Shown in pieces: positions 1 to 9,576 of a stretch of DNA of 64,000 nucleotides (positions within the stretch are counted from its first letter, which is position 1; every line of letters starts with the position of its first letter). Position numbers and translations under genes: made by a program. The stretch is from a virus. The DNA is taken from IMG/VR virus record IMGVR_UViG_3300017729_000001, positions 1-64,000 of that record; one strand, written 5' to 3'. The notes below the pieces were generated by a model, which ran no database searches, had not been told where the DNA came from, and saw only the letters and a list, made by a program, of their open reading frames with translations.

Positions 1-173
1 ACTAATTGCGCACCGAAATGGTTACATATTTCTTGGTCTTCAAGTAATCTCTTTGGATTATTTTCTACAGTTAGAATAACCTTTTTTTCATACTCTGAGT
101 CATACAAATACTTGCTAGCACTTAATATGATATCATCCGAATGAGGTTGGATGAGTAAAACTTTTTTTTCCAT
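1..173 (-). CDS. PIG-L/LmbE-family deacetylase-like protein, N-terminal part (runs off window; not in ORF track)
   Basis: Manual translation from ATG at 173: MEKKVLLIQPHSDDIILSASKYL...PKRLLEDQEIC; beta-strand followed by PHxDD and later RxxE(D), typical of PIG-L family. Confidence 0.6.
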   Translation of the reverse strand, partial: MEKKVLLIQPHSDDIILSASKYLYDSEYEKKVILTVENNPKRLLEDQEICNHFGAQL

Positions 174-187
174 TTATCAAATTTTAA

Positions 188-1096
188 TTATGGTGTTATA
201 GTAATCTTAACTTTGGAAGTTCTCTTAACACCACGTTTATTTCTTTTTACAACAAAATCTTTCACGCTATCATCCCAAACACTATTAGGTGGAACAACGT
301 GTAAGATTGACCTTGCCCACGGATGAGCTGGTCCAACTACAGGCAATTGGTCTTTTCTGCCTATATTATTTCCATTCGCAATCAAATCGTCAATTTCAAA
401 TATAACTGGTTTCTTGCCTGGTGACCCATAATTCTTTTCGCAGTGTTTACAAACACCTGGAAAGGTCTGTTTATATACTTTCGCATCTGGCCCATAGTCT
501 TCAAGAATTTGCTGTGCTCTACCAAAGCCATATGCTTCTTGTAGAATGTAGTCAGCCATTCTTGAGAAATCTCGTGCCCAGTCTTCAGTTATTGCTCTTA
601 ATTCACTTGCTAGCCACTGCTTTGACTTTCCTTTTTCGTATGCTTCAATTGACTTCTTTTTTATCTGCTTACGAATCTTTGCTTGTTCCGCAGTACTCGC
701 TGTTAATATCCTTTGTGAGAATTTATTAGTGATTTTATTTCCCAACCCTGATAAGTCTGTATATGCTCTATTCTTTAAAAGTTGTAGTCCAGCTTTTCTC
801 GTTGTACTTTGAGGCTTTGCTAATTCATCTCCAAACCATTTATCAAATTTGGATGGCGTAACTTTATATGATTTGTTCCCACCTAGTGTTTGCGCCATTA
901 CTCCGAAATAATAAGCACGCTCAATGTCACTTATCCCTCCCCAAAGTGTATCATCGTCAGGGTCAATCCCCATACTTTGGAGTAAAATTTTATCATAATC
1001 TGATACATAAGTTAGTCCAAGTTGAGTGCCTATAAACAAAACTTGATTGACCTTTATCATGTCAATCATCTTCCATATATCTGTAATACTAAACAT
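188..1096 (-). CDS. Head morphogenesis/minor head protein (Mu gpF/SPP1 gp7-like)
   Basis: ASELR..DWARDFSR, CKHC and GPAHPWARS (variant of PxHPxCRC) motifs. Confidence 0.65.
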   Translation of the reverse strand: MFSITDIWKMIDMIKVNQVLFIGTQLGLTYVSDYDKILLQSMGIDPDDDTLWGGISDIERAYYFGVMAQTLGGNKSYKVTPSKFDKWFGDELAKPQSTTRKAGLQLLKNRAYTDLSGLGNKITNKFSQRILTASTAEQAKIRKQIKKKSIEAYEKGKSKQWLASELRAITEDWARDFSRMADYILQEAYGFGRAQQILEDYGPDAKVYKQTFPGVCKHCEKNYGSPGKKPVIFEIDDLIANGNNIGRKDQLPVVGPAHPWARSILHVVPPNSVWDDSVKDFVVKRNKRGVKRTSKVKITITP

Positions 1097-1319
1097 CGCT
1101 ATCCTTTAAAAAATTAACGATGTCCGTCATGGATTTTCCTACAACTTGTTTGGCATATGATTCTTGGAAGTTTTGTATAATGTCATCTAGGACAGGTTCA
1201 TTTTCTTCCTTTACGTGTCTTTGAGCTTTCTTTTCGGCAGACTTCTTAATGAACTTGGCGTTCAGCTTTTCTACTTTCTTTTGAGCTTTTTGTATCTCAT
1301 CTTGATTAATTAGAGCCAT
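1089..1319 (-). CDS. Small virion-associated hypothetical protein
   Basis: Tiles between neighbours with overlaps; IQKA, IKKS, VGKS motifs. Confidence 0.55.
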   Translation of the reverse strand: MALINQDEIQKAQKKVEKLNAKFIKKSAEKKAQRHVKEENEPVLDDIIQNFQESYAKQVVGKSMTDIVNFLKDSDV

Positions 1320-2046
1320 ATATTAAAAATGTTGTTAGGACAGTACCTGTTGCTGTCCCCATTAAAAAATTAAACCAAGGTTTGTTCCATACCTTGTCAC
1401 TCTTATTTATAACCTTGACATTGTTCAGACCAGTTATATTAGTATATGGATTATCACTCTGAACTTCTACGAATGACTTCAGTGGTTTATTCCACTTTTC
1501 TCGCCTTTTACCTACAGTGATAGTTAGTTTATTCGTAAAATTTAAAGAATCCATTAGCAAACCATTTCTAGTAACCGAACCAGAGTAATGGTACCAATCA
1601 TCAAAAGTTGAAAAACGTGTTCCAAACTTAACACCGATTGGAACTTGGACCAACACAGTATCGTGAGTTGTATCCGTTGTATGGACAAATATATCTTGCC
1701 CAGGAATTGTTTCATATTTGGCGATGACGTTTTTTAATTCAGTTTGAAAATTGACTTTGATTTGAGAGTTCAATTTTTTCAAATTAGAATTTTCTAAAAT
1801 TTTTCTCTCCAAACTTCTGTCCTTACCAATTATGACTTCTTCTTGCTCAGCAATTTGCTTACCAAGTTTATCAATCTCCAAATCGAACTTTTGTTGTTCT
1901 TCCAAATATCCATCTACCAAAAGTTGTGTATTCTCTGCTCTCATTTTAGCATTATCACAACTCTTCATACATAAAAATAAAGCAATGACTAGCAGTATTT
2001 GACTGCCAGCCATTATCTTCATTATAGTGTTCTTATCCATTTTCAA
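1306..2046 (-). CDS. Putative spanin-like membrane protein
   Basis: N-terminal hydrophobic segment with Cys (LFLCMKSC), coiled coil, C-terminal hydrophobic helix; follows lysin-like gene. Confidence 0.45.
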   Translation of the reverse strand: MKMDKNTIMKIMAGSQILLVIALFLCMKSCDNAKMRAENTQLLVDGYLEEQQKFDLEIDKLGKQIAEQEEVIIGKDRSLERKILENSNLKKLNSQIKVNFQTELKNVIAKYETIPGQDIFVHTTDTTHDTVLVQVPIGVKFGTRFSTFDDWYHYSGSVTRNGLLMDSLNFTNKLTITVGKRREKWNKPLKSFVEVQSDNPYTNITGLNNVKVINKSDKVWNKPWFNFLMGTATGTVLTTFLIYGSN

Positions 2047-2650
2047 AGTCTTTTGATTCCAATAAAGTATAACTCACTTTGTCGCCATGTGATTCCATAG
2101 ACCTATAAATCACGGCAAGCCATGCTTTAAATTCCTCTGAATCTTGTATAACTTGACAACCTGCTGAGTATGGTCCAACCTTATCTATATCATTTTTGAA
2201 AGATGTCGTATGACCATTAACGTACATTGCGTCAGAATAGATTGGTCCATCTACATCAAACTTTCCGTCACTGTCATTATCTCTCCAACCTTTGAATTGG
2301 TTTTTTCCGTTTTGTCTCAACGCTGGGTATCTCGTTTTTCCGTGTAATCCAGCATACCAACAACTACGATATTGTCCAGGCATCATGATAAAAGTTCCTT
2401 GCTTATTCATCAATTTATTCTTCAACCAATACAACCCTGGTTTTGTAGTTGCCTTAAATGCTAAGCAAACTTCATTTCCAAACTCATCTTTGTACGCAAC
2501 ACCTACGATATCATTGAACTCATTGACTACATCATAGCCAAATCTCACTCCAAATATATTTACGTCAAATGCTCCGTTCTCAAAAAATTTATAACCTTTT
2601 GACTCAACTGTTTTCTTTAGCCTTTGATATGATAATCCAAATTTTTCCAT
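2033..2650 (-). CDS. Putative endolysin (L,D-transpeptidase-like His...SAGCQ peptidase)
   Basis: NIFGVR, ATTKPG, PGQY, NGH...YSAGCQV motifs; adjacent to holin-like gene. Confidence 0.55.
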   Translation of the reverse strand: MEKFGLSYQRLKKTVESKGYKFFENGAFDVNIFGVRFGYDVVNEFNDIVGVAYKDEFGNEVCLAFKATTKPGLYWLKNKLMNKQGTFIMMPGQYRSCWYAGLHGKTRYPALRQNGKNQFKGWRDNDSDGKFDVDGPIYSDAMYVNGHTTSFKNDIDKVGPYSAGCQVIQDSEEFKAWLAVIYRSMESHGDKVSYTLLESKDFENG

Positions 2651-2665
2651 CTTTATTATTTATTG

Positions 2666-2851
2666 TTACTTTTCTTCTTTTGGAAGAGCAATTAAACTAT
2701 CTTTTGAGCGCAAGAATAAGAGCCCAGTTGCTAACCATCCAGACATATCTTGTGTCGTTGCTTTTTCTAGGAAAATCATAGCACCGCAAAATACGATGAT
2801 TAATATTCCTAAGATTGTTGTCACATAGTTTGAAAATAATCTACTTTTCAT
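2666..2851 (-). CDS. Holin-like small membrane protein
   Basis: 61 aa, two hydrophobic segments, charged C-terminus, directly upstream of lysin. Confidence 0.55.
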   Translation of the reverse strand: MKSRLFSNYVTTILGILIIVFCGAMIFLEKATTQDMSGWLATGLLFLRSKDSLIALPKEEK

Positions 2852-2866
2852 TTTATTTGGTTTTAA

Positions 2867-3217
2867 TTAATTACTATTCAATTGTACACCCTCCATAAAT
2901 GACATCTTTTTTTGTACGTCAATTATTTCAAGATGATTTTCTTTTATTATTGCTTTGAGGTCTTTAATCTCAGCCATGATGCGATTGTATCTTTCTTGGT
3001 TTCTATGTTGCTGAATTTCAAACTCTCTGGTCATCTCATGTTCTAATTCAATGAACTTATCATCTTGCCTAACATTATCAATTGAGTTCGTTTCTATTTT
3101 ATAATATGCCGTGCCTACACCTACTATGAATATGACTAGGTATATTATAATTTTGCCCCAAGTGGATATAGCATCACCCCACAAATTGGCACGTTGAACT
3201 TTCTTTTCTTCTGGCAT
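2867..3217 (-). CDS. Membrane-anchored coiled-coil protein (lysis cassette)
   Basis: TM segment IIIYLVIFIVGVGTAYY then coiled coil. Confidence 0.5.
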   Translation of the reverse strand: MPEEKKVQRANLWGDAISTWGKIIIYLVIFIVGVGTAYYKIETNSIDNVRQDDKFIELEHEMTREFEIQQHRNQERYNRIMAEIKDLKAIIKENHLEIIDVQKKMSFMEGVQLNSN

Positions 3218-3222
3218 AAGTC

Positions 3223-3600
3223 CTATTTATCATCTTTTAACATCTTAACCAGTTCAGATATTGCGGCAACTTCGTTTTTACTGCTATCAGATATTGCTTG
3301 TTTTATTTCATCCAAAGCTGTTTTCTGATAGTTCATATGAATATTAACTCCCTCAAAATTCTTTCTAGTTTCTGAAGATAGCAACTCAAGGTCTTTTCTC
3401 AACAATTCTGTTTCACCCTTTCTTTTCCCTAGTTCTGCCCTTATTGAACTAATGGCTTTATCATTTGACAATTTATAGCTAGTGAAGTCATTTCTATTTT
3501 CTGACTCTCCTAGCTTAACTCCATTAATCCACTGCTTGATGAAAAAACTACTTATGGCAAGCAACATCGAATTCACACCTAGCATTATCCATATCTCCAT
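3223..3600 (-). CDS. Membrane-anchored coiled-coil protein (lysis cassette)
   Basis: N-terminal hydrophobic helix then coiled coil. Confidence 0.5.
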   Translation of the reverse strand: MEIWIMLGVNSMLLAISSFFIKQWINGVKLGESENRNDFTSYKLSNDKAISSIRAELGKRKGETELLRKDLELLSSETRKNFEGVNIHMNYQKTALDEIKQAISDSSKNEVAAISELVKMLKDDK

Positions 3601-3623
3601 ATCTTCTCTGTATTTTACAACAT

Positions 3624-3634
3624 TAATAACTGTT
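3624..3634 (-). promoter_or_regulatory. Candidate late promoter motif AACAGTTATTA
   Basis: 11-mer recurring upstream of structural/lysis genes (5 copies seen). Confidence 0.45.
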
Positions 3635-3650
3635 GTTGTTTAATCTTTTA

Positions 3651-3893
3651 CTAAAAAGCTGGTGCCTCCTTTAAGCACTCAACCTTTAAAACCCCCTCCT
3701 GTAAATCAAAGTTCTGTATAACAGGATAATCAGATGTAACGGCTACATCAATAATGTTATAAATTTCTTGATAAAACTCTTGGTCAACTCCAGTAATTAC
3801 TACAATAAAATTCGTATTGTTATTAATATCGCAAAATTGAATTTCGCCATATTCTTCTAAATCACTATTCAAAGTTGGTATATCTACTGCCAT
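3651..3893 (-). CDS. Hypothetical protein
   Basis: 80-aa ORF tiling with the structural operon. Confidence 0.55.
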   Translation of the reverse strand: MAVDIPTLNSDLEEYGEIQFCDINNNTNFIVVITGVDQEFYQEIYNIIDVAVTSDYPVIQNFDLQEGVLKVECLKEAPAF

Positions 3894-3896
3894 TTT

Positions 3897-4538
3897 TTAT
3901 TTTTTAAACTGTATGTTGATTCTGGAATTAGTAACTAGGTTAGCATTTCCTGTTGGAAACGCATTATCTGCTCTATCATCTGCTGCCTTATCAACAGCAA
4001 CTTCATATTCACCATGTCCGAATCCACTCGCCCAAGAACCATCTCTATTTTCCCAAACTAACAATAAGTTGTCTGTTCCATTATAACAAAAATTTGTATC
4101 AAAGGTAAATGACTTCCAACCTGAGCCGAAGATAGTCCAAGTGAAATTTTCTTTAACTATTGTCTCATCATAAATTGTCAAATTGGATAAATCAATCGGT
4201 TGACCATTATTGTCAAACACGCTTTCAACTACGTGGTACAATTTTATAGTCTGATTATTGTAGGTATATCCATTTGAGTAACCCGCAATTTCAATATTAA
4301 TACCAGTGATTTGCATTGGTACTGGATTCAGGGCAGTACTTCCTAGTTCATCATATTCCCAAATCGCAGCATACCAACTGTAATCATAAAGACCATAGGC
4401 TGGAGCATTCGATGAGTTCCTAGTTCCTGTTCCAACCTGAAAGCTGTTTCCAAGTATGGGGGCACAACCACCTGTGTCAGTGTTTTCGTTTCTTTGCGAA
4501 TTTAAATGCCCTTTGTATGGTATAATTTTCTGAGTCAT
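3897..4538 (-). CDS. Putative virion adhesin/beta-sandwich protein
   Basis: YxYSW..IW...EL, ITGI, GWKSFTFDTNFCYNGTDNLLL pattern resembles domains of Bacteroidota surface proteins; follows fibre genes. Confidence 0.45.
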   Translation of the reverse strand: MTQKIIPYKGHLNSQRNENTDTGGCAPILGNSFQVGTGTRNSSNAPAYGLYDYSWYAAIWEYDELGSTALNPVPMQITGINIEIAGYSNGYTYNNQTIKLYHVVESVFDNNGQPIDLSNLTIYDETIVKENFTWTIFGSGWKSFTFDTNFCYNGTDNLLLVWENRDGSWASGFGHGEYEVAVDKAADDRADNAFPTGNANLVTNSRINIQFKK

Positions 4539-4541
4539 ATT

Positions 4542-6257
4542 CTATGTATAATTATGTCCATATGTCCACCAAAAAGTTGTTCCGTCAAATACCCAAGAAA
4601 AGATATCAAACGCATTAGGTGTTAAAGTTATTGTAGCATTCCCATCAGCAACTACTTTACTATATGGTGGTGCTTTTAGGTTTCCATTAGGAATGTTAAG
4701 AGCAACAGCATTATCACCCACTGAATTCTCTACAATTAGTGTTCCATAATCTCCATCTTGTGCTCCTGTGATAATTAGGTCATAATTTCCCCCTGTTGGT
4801 ATATTTATCTTTGCGTTGTAGTAATCAACATAACGCCAAGTAAATTGTGGACCAGCAGCAGTTATGGTTTGAAAAGGCTTTCTTGAATCTTGCATATTTG
4901 CTACATCCAATAAACTCTCATTCACTACTATATCAACTTCGCCTGTTCCTGTTAGGTCATCAATATCAATTGTTGAATCACTAGACTTAATTGACTTAAA
5001 TTCTAAATCAGAACCAGTCTTGGCATCAAACAATCCTACTCCAGCCCCACTATTACTCGCTGTATTTGCTTCACCTGTTCCAGTCAATCCATCCAACTTA
5101 ACTTTATCGGCAGAACTCATAACTCCAGATGTCGATGTAGTTGCTAATTTCAACTCTAATTCTTGAGATGATAAATCAGCACTATCTTTCGTAACTTGAC
5201 CTGAGTTTAAAGTCACTGAATCATGCCTTTTACTGGTATTAGCAGACACGTCAGAATTATTACTTACTTCCGTATCGAAATCAGTAATTTCACTTGCCGT
5301 ATGAGTATGAGAGAAATTAGTAATTTGACTTTTGTCAATTTGTAAATTAGATTCATTTACATCAATATCAATCTCGTCATTCGCTGTATCGTCAGTCACG
5401 CTGACTTTATTACTTCCAGCATTTATCTTTTTGAACTGAAGTTTGGTTCCATCCATCCCCTTATATGGACCAACACCGCCAGTTCCTATATTTTCACCTT
5501 CATTATCTGAACCACCACTTCCAGAGTCAGGGTCATAGCAATCCGCAGTTCCAATTCTAAAATCTTCAATTACATAACGACTTTCATTCGTATTTGACAC
5601 AGGCTGTAATGTCCTACATACCAAAGTTGACGCATTAAATGTTCCATCGGCAGCAGTCATTAATAAAGTATAAACTCCAGGTGAAGTGCTTTGGTCAACA
5701 GTCCATTTAGTTGCTAGTGCTCCATCTCCAAAACTAAATTCCATAGCGTCAGTTGGACTCACTGCTGTATTTGTAGCTAGTGTGATTTCAAGAGTGTAAG
5801 TTTGTCCACTCACTAAGGGCAACCCATCTTCTCCAAGAAATGTGATTGGTGGCGTTACTACTTCTAAATGAATAAACTTTTGTAGTCCAATTCTATTCTG
5901 AACTGATAAATCTTGCGTATTTGATATTGGTGTAGTGAATGTTAAATATTCCCAGACATTAAGATACGACCCACCTGTGTTAGCTGGAAGATAATCTGAC
6001 CAATCACAACCTCCACAACATTCGACCTTACAAGAATTAATCCACCTTTGAAAAAACAAGGCTTCAAAAGATGCGCTTGTCTCATCTAGCTTATTTGGTG
6101 AAACAATAATTCCTTGGTAGCATCTTTCTATGCCTCCCTCAGTTCTACTTGTTGAGAAATTAGAGCCTTGGTCATCTGAAGCCCATCTTATATAGGTGTA
6201 GTTTCCTTTACCACAACCGCAATTGCCTCCGCACGCACAATTTTTATTTCCACTCAT
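4542..6257 (-). CDS. Tail/head fibre protein, Cys-rich N-terminus
   Basis: YTYIRWASDDQGSNFS repeat unit, duplicated GVG..K.G..L.FK.I unit, HTHTASEITDF, GVMSSADKVKLDG fibre motifs. Confidence 0.65.
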   Translation of the reverse strand: MSGNKNCACGGNCGCGKGNYTYIRWASDDQGSNFSTSRTEGGIERCYQGIIVSPNKLDETSASFEALFFQRWINSCKVECCGGCDWSDYLPANTGGSYLNVWEYLTFTTPISNTQDLSVQNRIGLQKFIHLEVVTPPITFLGEDGLPLVSGQTYTLEITLATNTAVSPTDAMEFSFGDGALATKWTVDQSTSPGVYTLLMTAADGTFNASTLVCRTLQPVSNTNESRYVIEDFRIGTADCYDPDSGSGGSDNEGENIGTGGVGPYKGMDGTKLQFKKINAGSNKVSVTDDTANDEIDIDVNESNLQIDKSQITNFSHTHTASEITDFDTEVSNNSDVSANTSKRHDSVTLNSGQVTKDSADLSSQELELKLATTSTSGVMSSADKVKLDGLTGTGEANTASNSGAGVGLFDAKTGSDLEFKSIKSSDSTIDIDDLTGTGEVDIVVNESLLDVANMQDSRKPFQTITAAGPQFTWRYVDYYNAKINIPTGGNYDLIITGAQDGDYGTLIVENSVGDNAVALNIPNGNLKAPPYSKVVADGNATITLTPNAFDIFSWVFDGTTFWWTYGHNYT

Positions 6258-6276
6258 TTTATTTCTTTTTATGTTT

Positions 6277-6287
6277 TAATAACTGTT
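6277..6287 (-). promoter_or_regulatory. Candidate late promoter motif AACAGTTATTA
   Basis: About 20 nt upstream of the 6257 start. Confidence 0.45.
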
Positions 6288-7908
6288 AAGCAACTGGGTC
6301 ACTACTCTCTGCTTCAGCAGCAGCAGCACCGCCACCCTCTAATTGAGCCACTCTTATTTCCAAAGCTTCAGTAGCAGCAGCATTGTCTTCTCCAACTACT
6401 TTATTACTACTTACTTTTTCATTAGTTTCTTCAACAACTTTCAAAGTAGATGCGTTGGCACGGTCAATTTGTTCTGTTCTATCCTTAACATTATCTGCTT
6501 CCCATAGTACAAAATCAGTTTCCTTATAGTTATCAATCTTGTCGTCAATATCCTTTGCTCTTTCGTCTAGTATCTCCTTTGCTCTCCACTGCTCATATTC
6601 ATGTTTCCACTTGGTATCTTCTGCTTCAGTTTCAGTTGCTCTGTCTTCAAGTTCTTTTATTTTATCACTTAATTCCGCAATCAATGCGGTTAGTTCCTTA
6701 ATATCACTAGCAGACTTCGCACAACATTCGTCTATGATTTCACGCAACTCTGCTATTTCTTTAGTCAGGCTTTCTTCTACAACTCTAATTTCTTCTTGTA
6801 ACTCGTTAATCACCTTGAATAGCTTTTCCATTTGTTTCAAAATGGTTTCGCAATCACAATCTGTACTTTCATCTTCATCCGAACATCCGCAATCATCGCA
6901 TGCTCCTGTAGGAATCCACATACCTTTAAAGTTAGCATAACTCAAGTCAGTAATCTCCGTTTCACTCGTTATGACAGCCCAATAACATCTACACTTTTTA
7001 CAAACTTCACCCTCTCCTGAATAAGTCAGGCAAGTTTCTTGTCCTAGCCTAACATCAAAAGTAGTGTTCATAGTTCCCTCAAAGTTTCCAAGTGTAATTA
7101 TTATTTGAGAACCACTTGCTACTCCATCGACATTAGAATGGACAGTTCTTTGTTCTGTAACTGGCCCAATTATATTTTCTCCATCCCCAGGGTTGCCTAA
7201 GTGAACAGTGAATCTACCATTGTAGGTAGCAACTGTAGTTATCTCTACTACATAATTGATAAAGTTTATCAGGTCAGCACCATTCAACTGTGTATCTATA
7301 ATAAGTTGTTGTCCAGGCAATCCATTTACGACTTCTACAGTCAATCCACCATTAGGTGAAGCTGTCGCTGAAAATGAGCCATTGGATAATGGATTCACAA
7401 TATAGCTATCTCCCCAAGAGCAATCTACACATGGTGCTTCATATCCTGGTTCTTCATAAATTGGATAATCACCCTCTCCACATTCATCCGAAAATCTCAA
7501 ATAAGTAAAGTTTCCTGTTTTTCCATTCTCATCACACCTACAATAGATTGTCCACTTTTTAGAAAACAAATCTGGAACTAAATCTACAAGGTCAATTTCC
7601 GTATTTGATGTTATGATAGCCCAATAGCAATGTCTTTCTGCGTTGAAGTCTAAACTAAACCCCTCGCCACTACATGCTTCAGCAAAAGCTATATAAGTAA
7701 AATTTCCACCATTACTAGGATTGGTATTTTGACAGAGTGGGTACCAATCTGCTAGAATTACATCATAATAGTAATGTACTTTCGCTGGACCAGTAGTATA
7801 AGGTGTGTTGGCATCATTGTACCAAAGTATTTTTGTATTCAGTGGTGGATTGACACCAACGTGAATAGCTTTTATAAGTCCTAAATTTTTTGTTCCAATT
7901 ATTGGCAT
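6286..7908 (-). CDS. Cys-rich fibre/collar-like virion protein with C-terminal coiled coil
   Basis: IHVGVNPPLNTKILWY N-terminal motif, two GNFTY...CYWA(I/V)ITS units, long coiled coil; directly downstream of portal. Confidence 0.55.
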   Translation of the reverse strand: MPIIGTKNLGLIKAIHVGVNPPLNTKILWYNDANTPYTTGPAKVHYYYDVILADWYPLCQNTNPSNGGNFTYIAFAEACSGEGFSLDFNAERHCYWAIITSNTEIDLVDLVPDLFSKKWTIYCRCDENGKTGNFTYLRFSDECGEGDYPIYEEPGYEAPCVDCSWGDSYIVNPLSNGSFSATASPNGGLTVEVVNGLPGQQLIIDTQLNGADLINFINYVVEITTVATYNGRFTVHLGNPGDGENIIGPVTEQRTVHSNVDGVASGSQIIITLGNFEGTMNTTFDVRLGQETCLTYSGEGEVCKKCRCYWAVITSETEITDLSYANFKGMWIPTGACDDCGCSDEDESTDCDCETILKQMEKLFKVINELQEEIRVVEESLTKEIAELREIIDECCAKSASDIKELTALIAELSDKIKELEDRATETEAEDTKWKHEYEQWRAKEILDERAKDIDDKIDNYKETDFVLWEADNVKDRTEQIDRANASTLKVVEETNEKVSSNKVVGEDNAAATEALEIRVAQLEGGGAAAAEAESSDPVA

Positions 7909-7911
7909 GTC

Positions 7912-9528
7912 CTATTTTTTTGTTAATTTGTTCATAAATGACTTCACAAATGGGTTGTCTTCAGAATCTCCTGACATAAATGGGTTGTCCTCGTCATCTT
8001 CATCCTCATCCCCTAAAAATGGATTCAAGTCCATTTCGTCACCTTCCATTCCCATTCCACCTTGCTCTTGTTGAGCAGCCATCATTAGCTGTTGAGCATA
8101 GGTTGGGTTCAATATAATATCTCCCCCATCAATAGGTTCAAGTGAGTACTTTTTACGAATCTCATTTACAGTTTGAAAGTTTGAAAGTTTCTTAATCTCA
8201 ACATCAAGTTCTTCCTGAATCGTCATACCATTTAGACCAACGAAACAAAACTCATAGTTTGGGTCTATTTGATTGACAATATATTTATTTATCTTCCTTT
8301 GGATAAACTTTAAAAGTGGATATAAACCTTTGTCTTTTGAGTGCTTCAGTTGTCCTTCATTATTGCTCTCAAACATCGACTTATTCCCTGGACTTGTCGA
8401 AATATTAAATCCAATCTCATTTGGGTCAATAGCAAATATCGCACAAGAAATCTTAATCAGATATTCAGTCCAAGAATTGTACTCCATATCTCTATTCGAC
8501 TTCTGTAAATCTATCCAATCAATATCAGCATCAACTATCGGTGTTTTCCAGGATTGCTGAACTCCAGTAATCATAGACAACCATTCTTGTCTAAATGCCT
8601 GAAGTTGCTTTTCGTTTACATTCCCCTTTACTCTCAATAAACCTTTAGGTGCTGAACCTTGACTGAAGAACTTTTTATTGTATTCGTCAGCCCACAACAT
8701 ACTTGTTATTGTACTAACCAATTCTTCCATCTCACTAATTCCATACCCTACATTTATAAGGTTGGTCGATGGGTTTCTTACTCCAAAGCATAATTCCCAT
8801 GGATAAAAAACTGCCTTGACAGCACCTTGATAAATCTGTACATAAGATGGGTAATGACCGTCAATCATTTCTTCTTCACCCTCGTATTCATCGTCATCGT
8901 ATGAATCAGCTAGTCTATATGTTGCGGCATCAGTAGCAAAAAACTCGTGAATCTCTCCACTCCTATTCCTTACGACCTCAAAACACATCTGGTCATACTT
9001 TAACGAATCGTCAACAATCTTTCTTATAAAGGTTTCAAAGTCATCCGTATGCCAATTTGCTGCCGTTCCGCAATTTAAGATTATGTCTTGAATCTCGTTG
9101 ATTCTAGCATATTCTTCATCAGTAGTATCTCTTTCTGTTTCGCCCAACTTTCGTTTCTTACGAATTACAAATCCAGTTGAGTATCTATCAGCTTGTGGTT
9201 CGGCAAAATCGGCAATCTGATTTTTCCTAGTCTTTAATATAGCATTTATGATAGGTGTCTTGGCCATCCTATTCAAAGTAGCATAACTTAAAGAAAATGG
9301 CTTGTCTTTATATCCAAAATTGTGATTAAACTCTAATGGGTCAACAATGTAACTTTTTTTATTACCATCGTTCTGAGAGTTCATATCTCCAAGAATCTGT
9401 TTAGCCTTAATTAAGTCACTAGGTGATTCACCTTTCATTGCCTTTTCAACAAGCATCATCTCCTTGACGGCAAGTTTTTCCTTTACCTTTGCCAAGTTAT
9501 CTAATTGGTTTTTGATACTATTGCTCAT
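7912..9528 (-). CDS. Portal protein
   Basis: YGISEME, FFSQGSAPKGLL, DMEY..W, IFAIDPNEIGF, GLYPLL, TVNEIRK motifs of HK97/Herelleviridae-type portals. Confidence 0.9.
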   Translation of the reverse strand: MSNSIKNQLDNLAKVKEKLAVKEMMLVEKAMKGESPSDLIKAKQILGDMNSQNDGNKKSYIVDPLEFNHNFGYKDKPFSLSYATLNRMAKTPIINAILKTRKNQIADFAEPQADRYSTGFVIRKKRKLGETERDTTDEEYARINEIQDIILNCGTAANWHTDDFETFIRKIVDDSLKYDQMCFEVVRNRSGEIHEFFATDAATYRLADSYDDDEYEGEEEMIDGHYPSYVQIYQGAVKAVFYPWELCFGVRNPSTNLINVGYGISEMEELVSTITSMLWADEYNKKFFSQGSAPKGLLRVKGNVNEKQLQAFRQEWLSMITGVQQSWKTPIVDADIDWIDLQKSNRDMEYNSWTEYLIKISCAIFAIDPNEIGFNISTSPGNKSMFESNNEGQLKHSKDKGLYPLLKFIQRKINKYIVNQIDPNYEFCFVGLNGMTIQEELDVEIKKLSNFQTVNEIRKKYSLEPIDGGDIILNPTYAQQLMMAAQQEQGGMGMEGDEMDLNPFLGDEDEDDEDNPFMSGDSEDNPFVKSFMNKLTKK

Positions 9529-9576
9529 AAAGTTTTACAATTTTAATTTATTTGGATTTGTGCTTTATTTCTCATG

